A stretch of DNA of 58,766 nt, from positions 1 to 58,766 of the forward strand of contig CAYUXO010000003.1 in NCBI GenBank assembly GCA_964448865.1, in the 5' to 3' direction. The stretch comes from an uncultured Anaerolineales bacterium. GTDB taxonomy: Bacteria > Chloroflexota > Anaerolineae > Anaerolineales > UBA11858. How positions within the stretch are numbered: position 1 is the stretch's first letter; the number at the start of each line of letters is the position of its first letter. Of the stretch, positions 19,420 through 29,847 are shown piece by piece. The notes under the pieces were generated by a model. That model had not been told where the DNA came from, did no database searches, and saw only the letters and a list, made by a program, of their open reading frames with translations. The position numbers and the translations under genes are program-made.

Positions 19420-20158
19420 TAGCCTTAAACGTATTAGCGTAATAGCTGGTCGTGTGTTGAATCAGCTGCGGCGAGACCACAGATTTGTTGCTATTTCGCT
19501 CTTGTTTCCTCTAATCATCATCTACTTCATTAAATTAGTTTTCGATGTGTTAGCATCCCCCTCATTTAATATCAGCGTGTATGTTGTACCCTACGCGGCT
19601 TTTATCGTGCATTTCATTACTTTTATTTTGACTGCCATTGTATTGGTAAGGGAACGTACTGCCGGCACGCTGGCGAGAATGTTTGTCAGTGGTTACTCCC
19701 CAATCGAGATTGTTATTGGATATCTTCTAGCTTACACGGTTTTAGCGACTGCACAAAGTTTATTTGTTCTGCTTGAACTGAACTGGATCTTTGAGCTTGG
19801 TTATGATGCCGGTCAATTAGGTTCAATCTATCTGGTCATGTGGATATTGGCAATCTTCAGCATGGCAATAGGAATGCTTGTTTCAAATTTTGCGCGCAAC
19901 GAGGGGCAAGTATTTCCCTTTATACCCCTGGTTCTACTCTCTGTCATTCTTTCAGGCATAATATTGCCGATTGATAAACTACCGGAATGGGTGGGAGTGC
20001 TCAGCTATTTGACACCGTTATTTTATGTCAATGAGGTTTTGCAAAACCTGATCGCAGGAGGAGCGTTGTACGATGATTGGTCCCAATTATTAAGTCTTCT
20101 GGCTTATGGCTTGATAGTAGTAGGACTGGCTACTTTTTCCTTGCGTGAATCTGACTGA
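19412..20158 (+). CDS. ABC-2 type permease
   Basis: RERTAGTLARM, LSG...P...LPEW...TPL; six hydrophobic segments. Confidence 0.88.
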   Translation: MTSSLKRISVIAGRVLNQLRRDHRFVAISLLFPLIIIYFIKLVFDVLASPSFNISVYVVPYAAFIVHFITFILTAIVLVRERTAGTLARMFVSGYSPIEIVIGYLLAYTVLATAQSLFVLLELNWIFELGYDAGQLGSIYLVMWILAIFSMAIGMLVSNFARNEGQVFPFIPLVLLSVILSGIILPIDKLPEWVGVLSYLTPLFYVNEVLQNLIAGGALYDDWSQLLSLLAYGLIVVGLATFSLRESD

Positions 20159-20278
20159 TCATTTGCTTTGTGTAATTTTCTAAAACAAATGGCCCATTAT
20201 ATGGGACCGGATTAAATACAGAAAGCCGTTTTCTATGATTCGGTCATACTTGCCCTATATTTAACAAAGGAGATTTCG

Positions 20279-21088
20279 ATGAAAGTCCTAAATAAAGTAT
20301 TTGTTGTAACCGGTGGCGGGAACGGAATAGGGCGGGAGTTGGTTTTGAATCTGCTTGGCAAAGGAGCGACTGTCGCTGCTGTCGATATTAACGAGGATGG
20401 GTTGAGGGAAACTGTTGAATTGGCAGGTGACAAAAAAGATAAATTATCCACCTACGTGGTTGACATTACTCAGCGCGATAAGGTGGAAGGGCTTCCGGCT
20501 GAAATCATAAACAATCATGGGGTAGTTGACGGATTAATCAATAACGCTGGAATAATCCAGCCTTTTGTCCGTTTTAACGATCTCAGCTTTGATGCCATTG
20601 AACGCGTCCTGAACGTTAATCTTTATGGAACGATCTATATGATCAAGGCATTTTTACCCCACTTGCTCAAACGCCCGGAAGGGCATATTGTCAACATATC
20701 CAGCATGGGAGGATTTCTGCCAGTTCCTGGGCAAACGCTTTATGGCGCATCAAAAGCGGGTGTGAAACTATTAACGGAAGGGTTGAATTCAGAACTATTA
20801 GATACCAATGTAAGAGTCCTGGTTGTTTTCCCTGGCGCTATTGGAACTAACATTGCGGTGAATTCAGGACTTGGTGATAGTTTCGGAGCAGATTCTGGTG
20901 AACAATCAGATTTTCCAACAACTGCTCCCAGTGAAGCTGCCCGGGTAATTGTAGATGGCATTGAACGTGATAGCTATCGTGTTCTGATCGGATCCGATTC
21001 AAAAATGATGGATCTTCTATATCGCTTGAGCCCCAAACGAGCAGCGGGAATTATTTACAATCAAATGAAATCGCTCCTGCCAGATTAA
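20279..21088 (+). CDS. Short-chain dehydrogenase/reductase
   Basis: TGGGNGIG, NNAG, SS, YGASK. Confidence 0.92.
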   Translation: MKVLNKVFVVTGGGNGIGRELVLNLLGKGATVAAVDINEDGLRETVELAGDKKDKLSTYVVDITQRDKVEGLPAEIINNHGVVDGLINNAGIIQPFVRFNDLSFDAIERVLNVNLYGTIYMIKAFLPHLLKRPEGHIVNISSMGGFLPVPGQTLYGASKAGVKLLTEGLNSELLDTNVRVLVVFPGAIGTNIAVNSGLGDSFGADSGEQSDFPTTAPSEAARVIVDGIERDSYRVLIGSDSKMMDLLYRLSPKRAAGIIYNQMKSLLPD

Positions 21089-21433
21089 TCTCGGGATCGG
21101 TAAGGTGTTGGCAGCATCAACGATGCTTTTTGAAATTGGAATTAAGTCCCTGTTGAAAATACCTTGATCCACCAGAAAGTACCTCGAATCTGCCCTGGGC
21201 TATAATTGTGATTTAAGGATACTTGGAATCTTCCAAGTATCCTTTTTTGTGTAAAGTGGGCGGATAATCCTAAAAGTAAGCAGTAACTAGATTGGGGTGT
21301 GGTCGGTACAATCTTCATAACAAATACATTTTCTTGGAAGCTCAAAGACTGCATGATCTTTGTATTATCTGACATTGGAATTATTTCCCGGGTATTCATG
21401 CATCCGGTACGAATCAGGATGCGTGATCCTGAA

Positions 21434-22084
21434 TTATCTACGAACTACACCTTGCTGCCAGGCGAAAACAGCCGCCTGGGTGCGGTCAGCCAGATGTAAT
21501 TTGCTGAGGATGTTGCTAACATGGCCTTTCACTGTGTTGACGCTGATAACCAGCTCCTCAGCAATCACACTATTGGACAAACCCTTGGCTATCAGCTTAA
21601 GGACTTCCATTTCCCGGTCAGTGAGTTCCGTATAAGGATTAAGTTCTTCACGGTTAGCACCATGAAGTTCTTGAATTACCCGAGAGGCGACCCGGGGATG
21701 CAGAGTAGCTTCCCCTTGGGATGCCCGGCGTATGGCGTCGGCGAGTTCGTTCATTTTAACATCCTTGAGAATATAAGAAATTGCTCCGGCCTGCAAGGCT
21801 GGGAAGATGTACTCATCCTGATGGTAGGAGGTCAGGACCATGATCTTGGTCTTGGGGCTGACATTCTTTACCTCACGTGTTGCTTCGACACCATCCATTT
21901 TAGCCATCACCAGGTCCATTAAAACCACATCTGGCACATGTTTGAGGGCCAGTTCAACAGCTTCAACTCCGGATTTAGCTTCTCCAACTACTTCAAAGTC
22001 GGGCTGTGAATCAAGGAATGCTCTGACACCGCTCCGGACTACTTCGTGATCGTCTACCAGCAAAACTGTGATTGGAATGGACAT
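21434..22084 (-). CDS. NarL/LiaR-family response regulator
   Basis: VDDHEVVR, VLMD, ILKD, LTDREMEVL...TVKGHVSNILSKL. Confidence 0.93.
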   Translation of the reverse strand: MSIPITVLLVDDHEVVRSGVRAFLDSQPDFEVVGEAKSGVEAVELALKHVPDVVLMDLVMAKMDGVEATREVKNVSPKTKIMVLTSYHQDEYIFPALQAGAISYILKDVKMNELADAIRRASQGEATLHPRVASRVIQELHGANREELNPYTELTDREMEVLKLIAKGLSNSVIAEELVISVNTVKGHVSNILSKLHLADRTQAAVFAWQQGVVRR

Positions 22085-22098
22085 ATCAGTGCCTCCGT

Positions 22099-23679
22099 TC
22101 AGGTTAGGGAAATAATCGGTGCGCGAATTATTAATTTAGTTCCAGCCCCAGGGTGGCTGACAATTTCCAGGGAACCATCCATCAAGTCCGCCCGTTCCTG
22201 GATAGAATTAAGACCGATTCCGTATGATTGTTCAGCGGGTGTAAATCCAATACCGTCATCTTCAATCGATACCAGAATTTCACCGGGGTTGTAGGTCAGG
22301 TGGATATCTATTCTATGAGCAAAACTATGCCTGGACACATTGGAAAGGGCACCCTGCAGGATTCGGTAAAGGGTCTGTTCAATGTCCAGGGATATGGTGC
22401 GTTCGCCCTGCACGCGTACCAGGATGGGGATGCCCAGCAAGTTTTCTGTTTCCGATGCCAGCAGCCGGACAGCTTTAACCAGGCCTTCTCCCTTAAGGGT
22501 TGCTGGTCTAAGCTCGTGGATCAGATTGGTTAATTCCCGGCGAACATCATCTACCAGCTTTTCAGCCTCTACCAGGTTGCCTGCCGCTTCATCAGGATTT
22601 TGATACATAAGCGAGTGGGCTGCTGCTAATTGGGCCGAGGCAGCAAAGGCCTGCTGTTTGACACTGTCATGCAGCTCCCTGGCAAGCCGGTTTCGTTCTT
22701 CCATGATGGTGATTTCCTGGCGCTCATCCAGCAGGTTGTCCATCTGGACAGCCATATTATTGAGGGTGTGTCCTAATTGACTCAGCTCATCTTTGTTATT
22801 GTCATCCACCAGGACGGTAAAGTTACCCTGGCTCCAAGCCCGGGCAGAAGTGGTTACCCTGTCAAGTCGGGAAGTCAGCATTTTTGCAGTCAGGAAGCCA
22901 AAAACGATACCAAAGAAACCCGCCAAACCGGTGATGATTATTAAACTGAATCCAATCTACCGGGAGATCTTATCCCACTGTAGAATTTCAGTAATGGTGG
23001 ATTTGTGTTCAAAGGCCAGGATACCTACGGTTTTAAAGGGATAATTTTCATCGGGGATGGGAACCGCGCCAACAATGACATTGTCTCCGATGCGCTGGAT
23101 TAATTGCTCGTAATCTTTGAAGCCGTCCATGGCCGATTGCATGGGTTCGGCCAAACCGGAGATAAGATCAGGATCAAATAATTTCCCCGAAGTAGTGTTT
23201 ACCAGACCATGGGGAATTGAACTGATAAACCGACCATCATTATCAAGATAAATAATGGAGAGGATGTTGGTATTGCTGGCATTGATCAAAAATCCGCCGA
23301 TTTCAATGGGTTTAATATTTACAACAGTGTCAGAGAAGGTGCCAAGGAATTAGGCCAAACCGAGATTATCGGGAGGGGTGGTTGATAAAAAGCGGCTGCC
23401 GACAGATACATATTCACCAAGGGTAATATCCAGGCGGGCGATATCCAGTTTTTCTGCCAGGCGCCGATCATCAAAGTTAATCACTTCCGTGGTGGATATT
23501 TCCTGGATGATCTCTTCCTTGGAAACCCGGGCTTCAGTTACCACCCAGATCGATACACCTAAAATTCCGATCAACTCAGCCATTAGCAAGGCAAAGACGG
23601 TCACGCCGAAGTAACTTAGGGTAAGCTTCCATCGGAGCCGGCTGAATTGATCAAGAAAAGTTGTCCAGAATTTAACCAT
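22099..23679 (-). pseudogene. LiaS/NarX-type (HisKA_3) sensor kinase with two in-frame nonsense codons
   Basis: Three ORF-track pieces share one frame; stops TAA 23350-23352 and TAG 22957-22959 with open sequence between; HAMP, ERNRLARELHD, DDGIGF, GIGL present. Confidence 0.85.
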
Positions 23680-24419
23680 AGCTATACTATACGCCATGCA
23701 CCTCTTGAGCGCAAGATTTGTAAATCGCGTGACACAATCATAGCTCAACAAGCCCTGCAGGACAATCTCAGCAGGTGTTGTCTTGCCCCCTTCTCAAGTA
23801 TGGGGCAAAAATCATCCGGTGGGGGCTACAGAAATGGGGCATATTCAACTATGATTGGATCAGAAAAGAAAACTACTCAATCTTTTCTTCTTCCTGAAAT
23901 GAGATGGTCTGAATCTTATCAGCCCATCTCATTTGTTATCAGACCAACCCTTCCCAGAAAAGCATATTGTTAATCCCTGCCAAATGCGGATTTATCCGCC
24001 GCCAATTTGTTGTGATCCTAATATCATTGTGTGCGCTTCAATCGATATGTTTCCAGTTGACATATCCCGTTACAGAGTTGTTAACTACCTGAATTAACAC
24101 TGCATAAACTCCTAATGTTTCTGTTAGGAGGACTTAAAATGCGCCTCCAGGAAAAAAGCGAAGAGTATAATGAATGAACCATAAGGTTCTGAATGGCAGG
24201 GAGAAATTATAGAACAGCAATTGTCCTCATCTGGAATGTCAGGGTCACTCTTCTGTCTGGGGGAATTTATGGGGAACATGTTAGAATAAACAAACAAGAA
24301 CTTTAGTAAGTAAAATTGTTAAGGTTAAATAATAAAACGGCTCGTGATGAGAGAAGAAAAACCTCGTCATTTGTCCTGCTGTCTCAGTGAATGATAATAT
24401 TTTTAAGGAGACTTTTAAG

Positions 24420-25499
24420 GTGGTTCAGTATTCGATTTTGATCGCAGATGGTGACCCGGATATCATTCAATACCTTTCCGGCACGTTGAAAGCTAACGGC
24501 TTTATATCTTCCGGTACATCATCTGGAGCAAACGCACTTGAGCTGTATAAAAAAGATCCACCGGATCTGGTTGTGGCCGACCTGGCTCTCTCAGAAATGG
24601 ATGGCATGCAGCTTTTAGAAGAACTTCTTGCCTATGATCCCACTGCAAAAATAATTATCACTGCAGAATCTACAAATAAGGAAATGATCGCCAGGGCGTT
24701 CCGTCTTGGCGCCCTGGATGTTCTCGAGAAACCACTCGAGCCAGAATTCCTGATTTCCAAGATCAGGGAGCTTCTGGCCAGAGAAGACCGCGCCCTGGAG
24801 GGAAATCTCCAGATGATGAGTCTGGCAAGCATTATTCAGATCAATTGTGATGAACGCAATCAAGCCCAATTAACCCTGAATTACCTTGGAAAGGATGGCA
24901 CGATATATTTCAAAGACGGGGAGATGATCCATGCCGAAAGCGCCGGGTTAACCGGTGATGAGGCTATATATTCTTTGCTTGGTTGGGAAAAGGGTTCTTT
25001 TCAATTGAAAATGGGGACTGAACCCCGCCAGAGGACCATTAACAAACCCTGGTCTGGATTGCTGTTGGAGGGAATGAGGCGGATTGATGAAATGACTGCC
25101 GGCTGGAGCCCAGATTGGGATGAAGAAGAAAAAGAACCAGCAACTGAAGATAACCCTAATCAACTACAGGAAAGGATAGCAAAGGCGCTAAGCAATATCA
25201 GGGAAGTTGAAGGCGTTTTGATCTGTACTCCGGACGGCAATTTAATTGCCCAGGATAAAAGCGACGATCCTGGCGGTGGTGTTGAGCTGGGAGGAATGAT
25301 TTATAAAAAGGCAGAGCTTATTGGTGGATTTCTGGATTGTGGAGAATTTGAGCGGGTAGTTTTGTCTGGATCACAAAACCGGTATTATGTTCAACAACAC
25401 GATGGTCATTTGTTATGTCTAACATTAACCAACCGGTCGTCTGTGGACACTATTTTTGAATCAATTCAGACCATTCATAAGCGTTATCAATCATCCTGA
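24420..25499 (+). CDS. Receiver + DUF4388/PATAN + roadblock-like fusion
   Basis: REC (PDLVVAD, LEKP); LEGNLQMMSLASIIQ...GTIYFKDGEMIHA...LLLEGMRRIDE; C-terminal VEGVLICTPDGNLI; GTG 24420 after AAGGAG (alternative 24387). Confidence 0.85.
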   Translation: MVQYSILIADGDPDIIQYLSGTLKANGFISSGTSSGANALELYKKDPPDLVVADLALSEMDGMQLLEELLAYDPTAKIIITAESTNKEMIARAFRLGALDVLEKPLEPEFLISKIRELLAREDRALEGNLQMMSLASIIQINCDERNQAQLTLNYLGKDGTIYFKDGEMIHAESAGLTGDEAIYSLLGWEKGSFQLKMGTEPRQRTINKPWSGLLLEGMRRIDEMTAGWSPDWDEEEKEPATEDNPNQLQERIAKALSNIREVEGVLICTPDGNLIAQDKSDDPGGGVELGGMIYKKAELIGGFLDCGEFERVVLSGSQNRYYVQQHDGHLLCLTLTNRSSVDTIFESIQTIHKRYQSS

Positions 25500-25514
25500 T
25501 CGAGGACGGGAACC

Positions 25515-26531
25515 ATGATATTTCCAAAAAAAGATGCGATTTATCAAAATCTTAATACCTCGTTCACTAATCTTGGCGAATTGCTGGTGGATCTGAAAGA
25601 AAATAGTTTCACTGGTGTGGTGCAGATCAGTTATTGGGAATATGAAGGAATTCTGCTTCTAGATACTGGTAATATCATCAACGCTGTCGAAGAGATCGAC
25701 GGAAAGGTGACCACCGGTCAGGGTGCAGTTAAAAAAGTGACTAGAAAGGCCAAGGAAAAGGATGGGGCGGTAAGCGTTTATCCTCAAAAAGGGGATATGA
25801 TCACCATGTTGGCCAGTGTTGCAAATAGCAAAGTGATTTACAAAGATCTCAGCACAGATTTTACCAGCCTGGATGCATTAATATCCAAGCTTGAATCAGA
25901 AGACCATACAGGATATATTGAAGTGTCATTTGAGGTTAATCAGCAGTCAGGCTATATCTTCCTGTTGGATGGAAAGGCAATCGATTCTCTCATCACTGCT
26001 CGTGGAGAAGAAATCTCTGGTCCAGCAGTGCTCAACCGCATTCTTGAATTGACTTCTACAACTCCTGCCACTTTTAGCGTTTATAAAGCTGCAGTTGAGG
26101 AAGCTTTGTCCGAAAGTGAGATGATCAAGGTAAGTATTGACCTTCCTCAGCTATTGGAGGTTTGGGGAGCTGTGATAAGTGCCGTGGAATCGGCAGTAGA
26201 CAATCATTTTGAACTGAATGGATTTATTAATACGTTCAAGGATACTTTGATTGCCAATGCAGATGAGTATCCTTTTCTGGATCCATTTGCAGCTAAGTTC
26301 CAGTACAGCAATGGTGAGATCACATATACTGGTGAAGTGACCAAAAACTTCAGCCGGGCAATTGGAAAATGTGTCTGGGATACCATGGAAACTCTGGCGG
26401 AGAGAGCAGCCCTTGACGGCAAGGATCTCTTTAGCCTAATCAACAGTTCATTGGATTCAGTCAAAGTCGATTATAAAGACAAGATCGACAGGTTTAATCT
26501 CAACGGGATTCTTCCGGAATTATTCAATTAA
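25515..26531 (+). CDS. Protein with tandem PATAN/DUF4388-like repeats and helical C-terminal domain
   Basis: Internal repeat: YQNLNTSFTNL...FTGVVQI...GILLLDTG vs YKDLSTDFTSL...HTGYIEV...GYIFLLDG. Confidence 0.65.
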   Translation: MIFPKKDAIYQNLNTSFTNLGELLVDLKENSFTGVVQISYWEYEGILLLDTGNIINAVEEIDGKVTTGQGAVKKVTRKAKEKDGAVSVYPQKGDMITMLASVANSKVIYKDLSTDFTSLDALISKLESEDHTGYIEVSFEVNQQSGYIFLLDGKAIDSLITARGEEISGPAVLNRILELTSTTPATFSVYKAAVEEALSESEMIKVSIDLPQLLEVWGAVISAVESAVDNHFELNGFINTFKDTLIANADEYPFLDPFAAKFQYSNGEITYTGEVTKNFSRAIGKCVWDTMETLAERAALDGKDLFSLINSSLDSVKVDYKDKIDRFNLNGILPELFN

Positions 26532-26543
26532 GAAATATTCACT

Positions 26544-26918
26544 ATGAAAACAGGGTTACAGGAAATCAACGAATTAGTCGGAATTTGGGGAAGCCTGATT
26601 ATCAATAATCAGGGAAAGATTATTTTAAATGTGTCTCCACCTGGGCTGACTGTAACGTTGGGAAATATAACCAACCATGTAATTGATTTGCTGAGCTCAG
26701 CGGAAAAATCTCTTCCAGGAGTCAATGAAGTAGTGCTCTATTATGCCCAAAGGAAGTTATTTATCCTTGATCTTGAACAGGTTGTACTGGTTGCGATCTG
26801 CACCCCAAGTGTGGATATTTCGCTGCTGCGCATGACAGCAAATGTGGTTGTAACCAACTGGCAAACAGATCCTAAGATCCAAAAACAGTTCAAAAGAAGG
26901 TTTGTGGAGCGTTTGTAA
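26544..26918 (+). CDS. Roadblock/LC7-like protein
   Basis: LQEINELVGIWGSLIINNQGKII; VDISLLRMTANV; 124 aa. Confidence 0.7.
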   Translation: MKTGLQEINELVGIWGSLIINNQGKIILNVSPPGLTVTLGNITNHVIDLLSSAEKSLPGVNEVVLYYAQRKLFILDLEQVVLVAICTPSVDISLLRMTANVVVTNWQTDPKIQKQFKRRFVERL

Positions 26919-26966
26919 TAAAAGATTCGGCCTGAAAGGGCCATATTTTGATTTAGGAGATTTATT

Positions 26967-27755
26967 ATGGCAGAAGTTTTAAGAGGTAATCTTGCTCAAC
27001 TTTCCCTGCTGGACATTCTCAGGATGCTCAGCCTCGGGAACCGCTCTGGTCGCCTGGATTTACGCCAGGGGAGAAAATCAGGAGAAATATACCTCGAATG
27101 GGGCAGTATTGTTCATGCTGTAACAGGAACACAAATTGGAGAAAAAGGTGTTTATACCCTGATGGGTTGGCTGGAAGGCGATTTTAGTTTTACGCCCGAT
27201 GTTGATGTGCCAGAGCGTTCAATAGATACAACCACAGAGCAAATAATGCTTGAAGCTGCCCGCCAGGCAGAACAATGGAAAGACATTAAGGATGTGCTTT
27301 CTTCAACGGATGCAGTTTTTAGTCTCTCACCCACAGGGTCAACAAATACAGTGAGTCTAAAACCTTTAGAGTGGCAGGTTCTGGCCCAGGTGAACGGGGA
27401 ACGTTCAGTAGTTGAAATTGGGGATATCCTGGATCTGCATGAGTTTGAAGTAGCGAAGATTGTTTATAGTCTAACAACTGCTGGATTACTTCATGAGGTG
27501 AGTGATGCCAGCTCAGTGGTCCGGGAAATTGTTGATGAGGAATTTTTCATACAGCTGGCTGACCATTTTACAGATGTTATGGGTCCTATTGGGCCGATAA
27601 TTATTGAGGAAGAGATCAGTCTCCTGGGAGAAGATCAAGCAGCATTTCCTCAAGCTAGGGCTTCTGAGCTTGTTGAACGAGTAAGCCTGGAAATCGTTGA
27701 TAGTGCCAAAAGAGCGGATTTCCAAAAGAAGATGGTAATAGCATTAAGAAAATAA
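26967..27755 (+). CDS. DUF4388/PATAN + winged-helix protein
   Basis: LRGNLAQLSLLDILRML...SGRL...GEIYLEWGSIVHA; EWQVLAQVNGERSVVEI...LTTAGLL. Confidence 0.85.
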   Translation: MAEVLRGNLAQLSLLDILRMLSLGNRSGRLDLRQGRKSGEIYLEWGSIVHAVTGTQIGEKGVYTLMGWLEGDFSFTPDVDVPERSIDTTTEQIMLEAARQAEQWKDIKDVLSSTDAVFSLSPTGSTNTVSLKPLEWQVLAQVNGERSVVEIGDILDLHEFEVAKIVYSLTTAGLLHEVSDASSVVREIVDEEFFIQLADHFTDVMGPIGPIIIEEEISLLGEDQAAFPQARASELVERVSLEIVDSAKRADFQKKMVIALRK

Positions 27756-27817
27756 ATGGTATTTATGTGGCTTAACCCGGGAAAGAACCCCCGGGTCTCC
27801 ATGCAGGAGGCAATCCT

Positions 27818-28618
27818 ATGGAACTTTCAAATATAAGAAAATTTGTTGTCGCCCAGGGTTTTCTGGTTTTATTGCTGGTTTTCACAGCATATTTTGCAGC
27901 AACAAATCTGAATCAGTCTCTGGCTCTAACCCTCGAATTGACCAGCCTGCAGGAAGTTGTTCAGGCGGCGGATAATATAAAAGCCGCCCTGGAAGAAGAG
28001 CGTATCTCGATTGGCCAGTATCCTTTAACTGGAAATGAAGAATTAATTACCCGGATTGAAAATGCCCAAACAGATTATGACCAGAATTGGGATGTGATCG
28101 TTCAAAACCTGGGAACTGAACAACCTCAAGACATCGCCGATATCGAAGACGCCCGGGAGACTTATAAAGGTATACTGGATGAGATTATCACTGATTACAA
28201 ATCCAACCCGGAAAATAATAAAGCTGCGAAAATGTTGAGCGAAGCCATTAATTACTACCTGCAAAACCTGGAACCCAAAATATCTAATCTGACCAGACCA
28301 GTCCTGGAACACCTCTCTGCCACAGTTGAGCAGGAAAAAACCCGGGCTATTAACCTGTCAATATTTTCCAAAGGTGCTGTAGGTTTGAGCGCCATTGTGG
28401 GATTAGTTGTGATAGTCCAGGTAATGGCGGCAATTATTGTCAGCCGGAGAATAATTGACTCAATGCAGAGTATTGTGAATGCTGCAGACTCGATCAGCCG
28501 GGGTGATATGGATGTTATGATTGATGTTGAGCAGGGCGGTGAGATTGGTGATTTATCCCGCGCTATCGATCGGATGCGGACCAGTCTTAGAGCTGCAATT
28601 GAAAGGCTAAGGCGTTGA
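27818..28618 (+). CDS. Membrane sensor: TM - helical extracytoplasmic domain - TM - HAMP, no output domain
   Basis: Two hydrophobic segments; terminal AADSISRGDMD...GEIGDLSRAIDRMRTSLRAAIERLRR*. Confidence 0.85.
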   Translation: MELSNIRKFVVAQGFLVLLLVFTAYFAATNLNQSLALTLELTSLQEVVQAADNIKAALEEERISIGQYPLTGNEELITRIENAQTDYDQNWDVIVQNLGTEQPQDIADIEDARETYKGILDEIITDYKSNPENNKAAKMLSEAINYYLQNLEPKISNLTRPVLEHLSATVEQEKTRAINLSIFSKGAVGLSAIVGLVVIVQVMAAIIVSRRIIDSMQSIVNAADSISRGDMDVMIDVEQGGEIGDLSRAIDRMRTSLRAAIERLRR

Positions 28619-28726
28619 AATATTGGGTAGATGTATCGATGGAGTTTCCTGCTTTTTTGACTTGGAAATCGATTTGTAAATCAAAGTGAAAATGAATTAG
28701 CAGGGGATAACGGATAGAGGAACAAC

Positions 28727-29215
28727 ATGATGAATCAAGAACTGCATGTGCCTGAAGAGCTTCTGGACAAGATTGATTATATCCTGACTCATCTGGCTGA
28801 AAAAGCCCATACTGACAGCATTGTGCTGGCAGATATCAGCGGCCAAGTGGTCTCAATCCAGGGCATTATGGATGAAGGAACCCCGGCGGTTGTGGCTGCT
28901 CTGGCTGCAGGAGATGTGGCAGCTATGTCGGAGCTATCCAAAAGAATTGGCGAGAGTGATCCTCATGGATCTTTTTTCCACGAGGGTGAAACTAAGAGCA
29001 TTTATTTGCATAACATTGCTGGCAGCTTCATCCTGATTGTTATTTTCAGGGCGGAAACCCCCATTGGCCTGGTGAGGCTGTTTGCTAAAAGGGCAGTTGA
29101 ACAATTGCTGCCAATCACCGAGGAGTTTGAACAAGTTATGGGTCCGCCCGAAGGATTTAACGCGGATGATTTTAACCAGGGAATTACCCAGGAATTTGAG
29201 GATACTTTCCAGTAA
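28727..29215 (+). CDS. mglB: Roadblock/LC7 protein, MglB-like
   Basis: VLADISGQV, AALAAG, FFHEGETKSIY, TPIGLVRLFA; directly upstream of mglA. Confidence 0.85.
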   Translation: MMNQELHVPEELLDKIDYILTHLAEKAHTDSIVLADISGQVVSIQGIMDEGTPAVVAALAAGDVAAMSELSKRIGESDPHGSFFHEGETKSIYLHNIAGSFILIVIFRAETPIGLVRLFAKRAVEQLLPITEEFEQVMGPPEGFNADDFNQGITQEFEDTFQ

Positions 29216-29237
29216 GAGAAGAGGGATAAACTGAAGT

Positions 29238-29837
29238 ATGTTCATTAATTGGAAATTAAGAGAAATTAATTTAAAAATCGTTTATTATGGACCATCTTTG
29301 AGTGGGAAAACTTCCTCCCTCCAATATATCCATTCCCGCACAAAACCAGAACGCCGGGGGGAATTAATTTCCCTAAAAACCAGGGAAGACCGGACACTGT
29401 ATTTTGATTATATGCAGTTTGAAATGGGAGAAATCAGCGGTCTAAAACCCCGATTTAACATTTATACTGTTCCCGGACAGGTGTATTACCGGGGAACCCG
29501 CAAACTTGTTCTGAAAGGCGTAGATGGGATAGTATTTGTAGCAGATTCACAAATAAAACGTTTGGGGGAAAATGTAGATGCAATTAAAGACCTCTTCAAT
29601 GATCTTGAGGATCTGGGATTTATCCCTCGGAATGTCCCGATGGTCCTGCAGTGTAACAAACGGGATCTGCCAGAAATAATGCCTATACCGGCTCTTAAAG
29701 AAAATCTGGACTTGAATGGGATTCCAACCTTTGAAAGTGTTGCTATTGATGGCATGGGTGTTCTGGATGGTTTAAAATCTATCATCAATCAAGTTGTCAC
29801 CAAGGCCAGGGGCAAAATCAATTCCACCCCTGCCTAG
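29238..29837 (+). CDS. mglA: MglA-family small GTPase
   Basis: REINLKIVYYGPSLSGKT, DRTLYFD, YTVPGQV, DGIVFVADSQ, NKRDL. Confidence 0.95.
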   Translation: MFINWKLREINLKIVYYGPSLSGKTSSLQYIHSRTKPERRGELISLKTREDRTLYFDYMQFEMGEISGLKPRFNIYTVPGQVYYRGTRKLVLKGVDGIVFVADSQIKRLGENVDAIKDLFNDLEDLGFIPRNVPMVLQCNKRDLPEIMPIPALKENLDLNGIPTFESVAIDGMGVLDGLKSIINQVVTKARGKINSTPA

Positions 29838-29847
29838 GAGAACAAGC

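Noticed and set aside
22957..22959. Pyrrolysine or stop-codon recoding in the kinase
   Set aside because: The same gene also has an in-frame TAA, and TAG ends ordinary genes in this window (e.g. livK, livF).
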